Virus record (IMG/VR): IMGVR_UViG_3300046660_000488
Span: 1-64,000 of that record
DNA length: 64,000 bases
Direction: 5' to 3' (one strand)
A model generated the notes under the pieces. It saw only the letters and a list, made by a program, of their open reading frames with translations, ran no database searches and was not told the origin of the DNA. A program made the translations under genes and the position numbers. Numbering within the stretch: the first letter of the stretch is position 1; each line of letters starts with the position of its first letter. Positions 38,347-45,476 of the stretch are shown one piece after another.

Positions 38347-40176
38347 ATGGGCATGGTCTATCGCGGCGGTTTCCGCACCATTACGGGTCTCACGCACCCC
38401 TCGCCGGTTCCGGGCGTGACTTCGCGTTTCATCCCCAACGGCATCGGCTTCCGTCCGGGTGGCGGCCAAGTGATGGCCACGTGCAGCAACATGACCGCAG
38501 TCGGTTACATTGCCAACGGCCCGAAGGTCAACGGCACGGTCAACAACTTCGACGGCAAGGTTGACATCTATCAGACCGACGTTGATGGCGCCATCGTCAG
38601 CAAGATCGTCGAGATCACCCCGGACCCGAACACCTTCTATGCCAAGGCTGTTCCGCAGGGCATCTGGTTCTCGCCTGACTCCAACTACATCGCCATCAAA
38701 TGGTCGATCACCGGCAACACAGCAGCAACCGGCATCTATGTCTACAGCCGTAGCAACGCCGACTTCACGCTGTCGCAGTTCATCCAGTATGGCAACTCGC
38801 TCATCTGGCATTCCAACAGCATCAACTTCCTCGTCACGCGCACGACCGGCCAAGGCTATCCGCAGATCGGCCGCGCTGATCTTGGCGCTCCGCTGACCAC
38901 GCTGGCCAATGCTTCGCCGACGCTGAACCTTGGCATCCAAGGCTTCCAGTGGGCATGGTGTGGTGATGACCTGCTCGGCGTCTATGCCGACTCGGTTGAC
39001 GCCAGCAAGAACAAGCTGGTGACCTATCGCAAGGGCGCGGCCAATGCCGTCAGCGCAACCCGCCTGTCGTATGGCGCTTTGGTTCTGGGCGGCGCGGGCA
39101 ACACACGCATTCTGGGCCTAAACGAAACCAACCGCGTCGTGCTGTACGGACCGAACGCGGCCATCAACTTGATCAATGACTACAACTACGCCAACGGCGT
39201 GCTGACCGCGCGTCCGGGTCCTTCGGTCAAGAGCGCGACGACCTACGGCGCCATCAGCTACTCGAAGACCAAGAAGCGCATCATCATGGACAACGGGACC
39301 GAAACCCGCATCTTCCAAGATGTGGGCGGCGTGTTCACCTCAGTGTCCAGCAGCAAGATCGCGGTCGATTACGGCGCGGTCGTAGACATCAAGCAGAACG
39401 AAACGTCTGGTGCTGTCATGGTGCTTGGTACGGATGAAATCACGACCTACCAAATCCCCAGCGTCGGTTTCTCGCCGGTCAACAACACCAAGCGCACCGG
39501 CGCCAACCAGTTGATGTACTCGTGGGATTTCCAGACCAACATCAACCCGACCGTCGAGACCAGCTTCGGCTCAGCACCGACCATGGTGGTCAAGGGTTCG
39601 CCGACCATCGCTCCGGCGCCGGGCAACGCGGGCAAGAACGCGCTCTATCTGGGCACGGCTGGCGTGGACATGATCGCCCTGCCGCGTCAACGCGATCTGG
39701 AGTTCATGTACAAGGCCTACACGCTGGAATTCTGGGTCTACCAGATCGCCAAGACGGCTCCGGGCATGATCATCGGCGACTCGGCCAACCGTGGCCTGCA
39801 ATTCACCAGCAGCAGCAGCACGTCTTCGACTGTTCAGGTCTCCACGCTCGGCCAGACTTCCACGTCGGCCGGTTGGTCCAGCAATGGCATCACGGTCAAC
39901 AAGTGGCACTTCGTGTCCATCGTCATGAACGGCACGACGCTGACGACTTACCTCAATGGCTATCAGGGATCGGGCACGACGGTGTCGATGCTTCCGTTCA
40001 ACGGCACATCCTACTATCCGTCTGATCTTGACTGGGCTTATTTCTGCCTTGGCGGCAAGGTCAACGCTGACGGCTCGGTGGCCGGTAGCGGCTTCAAGGG
40101 CTATCTGCGCGGCGTGAAGCTCTACAACTACGCCAAGTCCTACACCGGCATCCCGTTCGCTCTGCCGACGTTCTAA
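38347..40176 (+). CDS. tail fibre / receptor-binding-like protein (beta-rich, C-terminal LamG domain)
   Basis: TAAATA at 38312; FSPDSNYIA propeller-like blade; YTLEFWVY...WHFVSIV...YLNG...F.GYL. Confidence 0.75.
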   Translation: MGMVYRGGFRTITGLTHPSPVPGVTSRFIPNGIGFRPGGGQVMATCSNMTAVGYIANGPKVNGTVNNFDGKVDIYQTDVDGAIVSKIVEITPDPNTFYAKAVPQGIWFSPDSNYIAIKWSITGNTAATGIYVYSRSNADFTLSQFIQYGNSLIWHSNSINFLVTRTTGQGYPQIGRADLGAPLTTLANASPTLNLGIQGFQWAWCGDDLLGVYADSVDASKNKLVTYRKGAANAVSATRLSYGALVLGGAGNTRILGLNETNRVVLYGPNAAINLINDYNYANGVLTARPGPSVKSATTYGAISYSKTKKRIIMDNGTETRIFQDVGGVFTSVSSSKIAVDYGAVVDIKQNETSGAVMVLGTDEITTYQIPSVGFSPVNNTKRTGANQLMYSWDFQTNINPTVETSFGSAPTMVVKGSPTIAPAPGNAGKNALYLGTAGVDMIALPRQRDLEFMYKAYTLEFWVYQIAKTAPGMIIGDSANRGLQFTSSSSTSSTVQVSTLGQTSTSAGWSSNGITVNKWHFVSIVMNGTTLTTYLNGYQGSGTTVSMLPFNGTSYYPSDLDWAYFCLGGKVNADGSVAGSGFKGYLRGVKLYNYAKSYTGIPFALPTF

Positions 40177-40182
40177 ACAAGC

Positions 40183-40217
40183 AAAGGCCCGCTGGTAATT
40201 ACTCCAGCGGGCCGTTT
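40183..40217. terminator. intrinsic terminator between convergent units
   Basis: AAAGGCCCGCTGG-taattact-CCAGCGGGCCGTTT. Confidence 0.75.
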
Positions 40218-40390
40218 GCCGTCTCACTCTGCTATATTGCCGGTTCCGTCTCTCGGATGCTCCGGCCGGAGCATTCCGAGGTTCTTCACCACTATGCGCT
40301 GGAGGGAGTCGAACCCTTCAGCTTCCAGACTTGCACTGCGCTTCAAGCAGAACCCTACTACCGTTCAGGTGGGTGACCTCGTAGACAAGC
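40218..40390 (-). ncRNA. candidate tRNA-like ncRNA
   Basis: TTGCAC-N17-TATATG promoter; paired termini; D-like, anticodon-like and AGGG-TTCGACT-CCCT T-arm hairpins; no CCA end. Confidence 0.6.
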
Positions 40391-40521
40391 CTCCATATAG
40401 CACCACGACATCGTGGGTGCAACCCCTCTCGTAAACGAAAACAATACTTCAAAACTGTGCTTGACGTTCCAAGCACAGTGTAGTAGAAGCTTGTTCAACG
40501 TCATCAACACGGAGGCCTCTC

Positions 40522-40938
40522 ATGTCGCTCGGTAAAACTCTCGCCACCCAAGCTGACGAACGCGCCGCCGCCCATATCGCCGCCGAGCACGCCAAGTCCG
40601 TGGCCGCGCTGGCGAAGATCAAGGCCGACAAGGCTGCGGTCACCGCGTTTCTGGCCACCGTCCGCGCGGCCATCGAGTTCGCCGCCGATACCTCCACCAC
40701 CTACAAGTCGCCGACCACGCAACGAGAGCGCGGCGACGCCTTCAGCACCTATTCGTGGAAGGAACGCACCAAGGACGTTCCCTACGCCAAGGGCTCGTGG
40801 GAAGACCCGGCCAGCCCCTACTATCCCGAGTGGAAGGAATTCGCCGACTGGGCGACCTCGGAAGACCTGAACCCGCGCCTCGTCTACGAGCACGACGGCA
40901 TGGGCATGGAGTCGTGGTACGTGGTGCGGATCGACTAG
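40522..40938 (+). CDS. hypothetical protein
   Basis: GGAGG SD; TTGACG-type promoter upstream. Confidence 0.75.
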   Translation: MSLGKTLATQADERAAAHIAAEHAKSVAALAKIKADKAAVTAFLATVRAAIEFAADTSTTYKSPTTQRERGDAFSTYSWKERTKDVPYAKGSWEDPASPYYPEWKEFADWATSEDLNPRLVYEHDGMGMESWYVVRID

Positions 40939-40940
40939 CC

Positions 40941-41171
40941 ATGAGCGAGGTCCACATCAACAAACGGGTGGCGATCTCGGCCTTGGCCCTCAAGGCGGGG
41001 ATCAAGCATCTGCACGACAACGGGTTCAACGGCGCGGATGAATTCAACATCCGCTCGACGACCTACCGCGTCTATTTCGTGGATTTTCTCCGCGAAACCA
41101 TCCAGTCTTCGGACATGCCGCCGGAGGCCATTCCGGTCCTCGAAGGCATGATCAGCGAACTGGTGCACTAA
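40941..41171 (+). CDS. hypothetical protein
   Basis: ORF in operon. Confidence 0.65.
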   Translation: MSEVHINKRVAISALALKAGIKHLHDNGFNGADEFNIRSTTYRVYFVDFLRETIQSSDMPPEAIPVLEGMISELVH

Positions 41172-41172
41172 C

Positions 41173-41505
41173 GTGGAAGACCGAACGCCCGAAGGCTACC
41201 TCGACTGGATGCGGGAATCCAACCCGAACATCGTCCACATCGAGTTGATCGACGACGAGCGCTGGGTGATGATCGAGCGCTTGATGTACCACTACACGAT
41301 CAAGACGGGCACGGTGAATGACTTCTTCACCGGCTACGAGGATCGCTGGTGCATCGCGAACCTCCAACGGGCGCTGATCTCGTTCGCAGAATGGAAGACC
41401 CGTGGCTTCGAAGGCGAGCCCACGCTGTGGCATCGTCATCCCAATTCCGGGCGGCGGCGTGATCAAGACAACCCGGTCGCAGCAACCGAACACATCGCGC
41501 AATAG
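41173..41505 (+). CDS. hypothetical protein
   Basis: ORF in operon (EP..WHRHP..GRRR). Confidence 0.7.
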   Translation: MEDRTPEGYLDWMRESNPNIVHIELIDDERWVMIERLMYHYTIKTGTVNDFFTGYEDRWCIANLQRALISFAEWKTRGFEGEPTLWHRHPNSGRRRDQDNPVAATEHIAQ

Positions 41506-41513
41506 GAGGTCCC

Positions 41514-41660
41514 ATGCTTTCGTCTCTACCAAAGCCCACTGAGGTTCCTCTGGCGACGTATCGTTTCTTCTTGCGGTTCTGGGGAGAGGTCGGCGATCTA
41601 CTAACGAAACCGTGGCCGAAAGCCAATGCGTGGTTCAATGCCAATGTCAAAGATGGCTAA
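41514..41660 (+). CDS. small hypothetical protein (48 aa)
   Basis: AGGAGG SD; fills the gap between neighbours. Confidence 0.55.
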   Translation: MLSSLPKPTEVPLATYRFFLRFWGEVGDLLTKPWPKANAWFNANVKDG

Positions 41661-41943
41661 GCGCAAAGTCTGGCGCCGTCGATCCACTAAGCCCAACACC
41701 GTCGCGGTCTACTATGGTCGCGACGATGATGGGGCGATTGGCTTAATCGGCGGATGGGGCGATGGAGCACGCAGGGGCGACGCGATGTTCCTGATGTGGG
41801 CGCTGGGCGAAGATCGCAACCGGCCGTCGTTCGAGACCTTCCCCGGCCTGAAGAAAGAACCGTCCATCCTCGCCGAGCTTGAGGCGAGAGGATACGACCT
41901 GACCACCCTGAAGATCAGCATCGAAAGGAAGCAAGAGCCATGA
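41653..41943 (+). CDS. hypothetical protein
   Basis: EL..RGYDLTTLK.SI motif. Confidence 0.65.
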   Translation: MAKRKVWRRRSTKPNTVAVYYGRDDDGAIGLIGGWGDGARRGDAMFLMWALGEDRNRPSFETFPGLKKEPSILAELEARGYDLTTLKISIERKQEP

Positions 41944-42125
41944 GCATCATCGCCGACCTCAAGAGCCTTCAGGCTGGTTTCGATAAAGAAACTCGTGACG
42001 CCATCACCGCCTCCAAGGCGCTGACCGGCGCCGCGCGCGACGATCAAATCCGCGCATCGGTCGCCGCCTTCCATAAATCGCAGGGCGTCGCCGCCGCGAT
42101 CACGCTCGTGGAAAATGCAGTCTGA
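41940..42125 (+). CDS. small hypothetical protein
   Basis: ATGA-coupled ORF. Confidence 0.6.
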   Translation: MSIIADLKSLQAGFDKETRDAITASKALTGAARDDQIRASVAAFHKSQGVAAAITLVENAV

Positions 42126-42136
42126 AAAATAAGTGG

Positions 42137-42166
42137 TTGACGAAAACGTCCCACTCAGGATAAATA
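42137..42166 (+). promoter_or_regulatory. promoter of the leader peptide/tRNA-Thr operon
   Basis: TTGACG at 42137-42142 and TAAATA at 42161-42166. Confidence 0.7.
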
Positions 42167-42171
42167 AGAAC

Positions 42172-42213
42172 ATGAACCGGATGACCACACGAACGACAAC
42201 CACCATCGCCTGA
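42172..42213 (+). CDS. Thr-rich leader peptide MNRMTTRTTTTIA (ThrL-like)
   Basis: 6 Thr codons within 7 consecutive codons; near-leaderless; directly upstream of three tRNA-Thr genes. Confidence 0.8.
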   Translation: MNRMTTRTTTTIA

Positions 42214-42261
42214 AGCGCATTCGCGCGCAGGTCTCGATGGTTATTGTGGGTTGTTTCTTGT

Positions 42262-42336
42262 GCCGGTGTAGCTCAGGGGTAGAGCGGAACTTTCGTAAAG
42301 TGATTGTCGGGGGTTCGATTCCCTCCTCCGGCACCA
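42262..42336 (+). tRNA. tRNA-Thr(CGT), atypical
   Basis: Cloverleaf with CCA; loop TT-CGT-AA; U-U in acceptor stem and only 3 Watson-Crick pairs in anticodon stem. Confidence 0.85.
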
Positions 42337-42359
42337 GAAACAACCCACATCCTTGTTCT

Positions 42360-42445
42360 GCCAACGTGGCTCAGTGGCGACAGCACCGGCTTTGTAAGCC
42401 GCCTCCGCAAGGACACCGTGGGTTCGAGTCCCACCGTTGGCTCCA
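42360..42445 (+). tRNA. tRNA-Thr(TGT) with long variable arm
   Basis: GCCAACG/CGTTGGC acceptor, loop TT-TGT-AA, variable hairpin TCC-GCAA-GGA, GTGGG-TTCGAGT-CCCAC, T-CCA. Confidence 0.9.
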
Positions 42446-42458
42446 ACTTTCTTGATAT

Positions 42459-42534
42459 GCTGGCGTGGCACAGTTGGTAGCGCGCTATACTCGTAATATA
42501 GAGGTCATCGGTTCGAATCCGGTCGCCAGCACCA
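42459..42534 (+). tRNA. tRNA-Thr(CGT)
   Basis: GCTGGCG/CGCCAGC acceptor, CTATA-CT-CGT-AA-TATAG, T-loop TTCGAAT, A-CCA. Confidence 0.93.
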
Positions 42535-42939
42535 TCAACTACTCTTTCCTTCAGCATAGCGCACACGCCTAATGTGGCGTCCATTCCCACGGTTCTTGTT
42601 CCGATACGTCGGCGTGAGCGAATGACAGTTGCAGCACAAAAGCCGCAGGTTGCTAAGCGCGTGATTGTCGGCGTTCCCATCCGCGTGGTCAACCTCGACA
42701 TCAACTGGGCGTTTTGTCTGATCCCAAACGCATTCCGGGTCCATGCAGATGTTACCATGCGTAACCAGCATGTATTTGCGTAGGGTCTGTGGATGAACTC
42801 TCACCCCGCTTTTGATTAGCTCGACCGTTGCAGACCACTTGTGTAAACCTTGGCAAGCATTATTACAATACTTACCGTGCGTGTTCTTTTGACGTATTTT
42901 CTCTGTGCCACACTGAAGGCACGTGAATGTTTCAGACAT
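42535..42939 (-). CDS. HNH endonuclease
   Basis: CxxC Zn motifs; VEVDHADGNADNH.LSNLRLLCCNCH. Confidence 0.9.
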   Translation of the reverse strand: MSETFTCLQCGTEKIRQKNTHGKYCNNACQGLHKWSATVELIKSGVRVHPQTLRKYMLVTHGNICMDPECVWDQTKRPVDVEVDHADGNADNHALSNLRLLCCNCHSLTPTYRNKNRGNGRHIRRVRYAEGKSS

Positions 42940-42978
42940 TCACAACTATAGTTCAGATGACTATTTTCCGTCGATTTG

Positions 42979-44067
42979 TTAGCGCGTCGGCGCCCGAACG
43001 CCCTTGTGGATGTCGCTGGCATCCTCGTCGTCGCCCGCCACGCTTTGGGTCGAAACCCGGAAGCTGTTGGCCTTTTCGACATCCCAGAGCACGAACGCCC
43101 GGTGCATGTGGCCACCCAGTCCACGAGGACCCGTGCCGCCCAGTCGCACGCCGCCTTGGTATTCGAGGCCGGTATAGCCAGCATTCAGCAGGTCTTGGAT
43201 CAGAAGCTGCTGGCGTTCCTTGTCTCTGAACACGAAGTAGCCTGAGTGCGTGCCGTTCCAGAAGAAATCCAGCGTCGGGTTCTCGCCCTTGCCGCCAAGC
43301 TGATGGTCGGTCCACGCATAATACGTGCCGTGTTTTTTGTAGCCTTCAATGAAGTCCCAGAACTTGTTCCCATTGCTGTCCGAACCGTAGTGACGCAGGT
43401 CGAACGGACGCTCTTCATCGCCCTTGGCGGCGCGCACGAACGCCTTGTAGACGATGGCAAGTTGATCGTCGGTCAACGGCCGCTCGGCGTGCATGGTGCG
43501 CTCCAGATAGTCGGCAGGGACCTCGAACGTGGTCACGACGCCGGGACGATCTGCCTTGGTCAGGACGAACTCGCCCGTGGTCAACTGGGTGACCCGGACC
43601 TTGCCCCTCAGCGCCTCGAAATCCTTCTTGGCCTTGCCGAACAGGTTCTGGAGAACCTTGCGTTGGCCAGCTTCGAACTCTCCCCGAAAATCGTCGCCAC
43701 GGGCTGCTTTCTCGGCAGGGTCCATGTTCCAGAACCGGCCGTTGGCGTCGGCGCGGTACTGCTGGAGCACCAGATCAAGCTCGTACTTCGTCTTCATGAC
43801 GTGGACGAGGTAGGATTGGATAAGGTCTTTCTTGGATCGGGCGCCTTCGCCCTGATCGGTGCGCTTGCGGAACAGGACGTTCTCGTCGGCCGCCTTGCTG
43901 GCGGTGTAATCTCGCGCGATGGACGGGCTGTCGGTCAAGTACAGGCCCATGCCCAGCAGGGCGTCATAATCGGTCTTGTCGATGTCGAACATTTCGATGG
44001 AGGATGCGTCGCCACGATACAGGGTGACTGTGCTTTTCTCTTCGAACAAGGCAATGAATTCGCGCAT
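42979..44067 (-). CDS. late internal-virion-like ART-fold protein
   Basis: TAAATA 4 nt before ATG; MREFIALFEE; LYRGD, G.GLYLTDS...A.DY, GYTGLEY. Confidence 0.7.
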   Translation of the reverse strand: MREFIALFEEKSTVTLYRGDASSIEMFDIDKTDYDALLGMGLYLTDSPSIARDYTASKAADENVLFRKRTDQGEGARSKKDLIQSYLVHVMKTKYELDLVLQQYRADANGRFWNMDPAEKAARGDDFRGEFEAGQRKVLQNLFGKAKKDFEALRGKVRVTQLTTGEFVLTKADRPGVVTTFEVPADYLERTMHAERPLTDDQLAIVYKAFVRAAKGDEERPFDLRHYGSDSNGNKFWDFIEGYKKHGTYYAWTDHQLGGKGENPTLDFFWNGTHSGYFVFRDKERQQLLIQDLLNAGYTGLEYQGGVRLGGTGPRGLGGHMHRAFVLWDVEKANSFRVSTQSVAGDDEDASDIHKGVRAPTR

Positions 44068-44114
44068 GTCGTATTTAGGTTGACATTTGGTTAACCAAAC
44101 CATAAATACAGACG

Positions 44115-44153
44115 ATGACCATCAAGTTCTACATGGAGTTCGACACCTTTTAG
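44115..44153 (+). CDS. candidate short upstream ORF MTIKFYMEFDTF
   Basis: ATG 6 nt after TAAATA; stops 26 nt before the next gene. Confidence 0.4.
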   Translation: MTIKFYMEFDTF

Positions 44154-44179
44154 GTTACTTGACCTGAGAGGAAACGAAC

Positions 44180-44566
44180 GTGAAATCCCACTACGAGAAG
44201 GCCCAAGGCTACGGAGACGAGCCGGGGCAATACCGCTACAGCCTTAGCTGCGGCGGCTACCACCGTGCAATCCACACCTTCCCCGAACTGCGCGACCGTG
44301 ACGCCGTCATCTACGACGACGAGCTGCGCGACCTGAAGGTTTTCCCCCGCGCCAGCCGCAGCCACGGGGTGCTCGACGCATGGAACGACTTCAACATCAA
44401 GTCCAACTACGGCCGTAGCTGGAAGCGCTACACCAAGCACCGCAAGCAGTGGATGGTTGGCGACGATCCCAAGTCGATCTCCCGCAACGAGAACAACCGG
44501 CTGCTCTGGTCGGCCTACATGATCTACCTGAACATGGGCGGCGATCTGGACAAATACCGTTGGTGA
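44180..44566 (+). CDS. basic hypothetical protein (RSWKRY...RKQW)
   Basis: GAGGA SD with GTG start. Confidence 0.7.
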   Translation: MKSHYEKAQGYGDEPGQYRYSLSCGGYHRAIHTFPELRDRDAVIYDDELRDLKVFPRASRSHGVLDAWNDFNIKSNYGRSWKRYTKHRKQWMVGDDPKSISRNENNRLLWSAYMIYLNMGGDLDKYRW

Positions 44567-44584
44567 GCATGGCCTAAATACGGC

Positions 44585-45253
44585 ATGCGCTTCTTCCAAC
44601 TCGTTGAAACTCCGACACTTCCCCCAGCCTTCAAGGCGTGGTTCGGGCAGAGCAAGGTCGTGGACGCGAGCGGCCAGCCGCTGCGCGTCTACCACGGCAC
44701 GGAAAAGGACTTCGACGAGTTCGGATACGGCATCCAGCCCGGCGCCGATCAGATCGGCTCAGGTTTCTATTTCACCACCGATCCGGCCGAAGCCAGCGGC
44801 TACGCCGGTGGAAGCCAAGGCGCTCGCGTGATCCCGGCCTATCTGTCGATCCAGAATCCTCTGGACGCGGACAAGGTCGGAACCCTGACGCCCGTGCAGG
44901 CGGCCAAGATCATTCAGATGTCACCGCGTCTGGAGGATGTCTTCGGAGACTGGGACGACGGCTCGGGGAACAAGCGTCAGGTGATGGCGACCATGGCCAA
45001 CACCTACGCCTTCCAGAACGGCAACATCGTCCGGCGTCTGTTCTCGATGGCCAACGACATCTACGGCGACCAGCATGCAGACGCCTTCAACAAGGCGCTG
45101 CATGTCGTGCTCGGCTATGATGGCGTGTTCAAGACGCACGACGACTGCGTCCACTGGGTGGCGTGGTTCCCGCAGCAGGTGAAGGCCGCGACCAACAGCG
45201 GGACATTCGACCCGGCCAACCCCAAGTTCACCGAAGCCTTCAGAAGGCCTTAG
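44585..45253 (+). CDS. ART-PolyVal-like ADP-ribosyltransferase-fold protein
   Basis: TAAATA 4 nt before ATG; FKAWFGQSKVVD..G.PLRVYHGT, GFYFT, ASGYA, VIPAYLSIQNP, GYDGV, P.QVK. Confidence 0.8.
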   Translation: MRFFQLVETPTLPPAFKAWFGQSKVVDASGQPLRVYHGTEKDFDEFGYGIQPGADQIGSGFYFTTDPAEASGYAGGSQGARVIPAYLSIQNPLDADKVGTLTPVQAAKIIQMSPRLEDVFGDWDDGSGNKRQVMATMANTYAFQNGNIVRRLFSMANDIYGDQHADAFNKALHVVLGYDGVFKTHDDCVHWVAWFPQQVKAATNSGTFDPANPKFTEAFRRP

Positions 45254-45476
45254 CGAACGCCTTGACGGCGCGCGCGAAACGCTCCGCGAAGGTTGGGCCT
45301 CGCGGAGGTTTCGGCACGGCGTTGAAGTTACTACCGCCGTTGGAGCCGCAGCACAGGTTGGTGCAGGTGATGTAGCCGTCCGAGCAATTCTCGTCCGCCA
45401 CTTCGGCGTCGGTCTCAAGCTCTTTCCGCATGCCGTCTTCACCGCAGATCGGACAGTTCACCCACACCCTCGTCAT
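45240..45476 (-). CDS. small Zn-ribbon protein
   Basis: CPIC ... CTNLCC. Confidence 0.65.
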   Translation of the reverse strand: MTRVWVNCPICGEDGMRKELETDAEVADENCSDGYITCTNLCCGSNGGSNFNAVPKPPRGPTFAERFARAVKAFAKAF

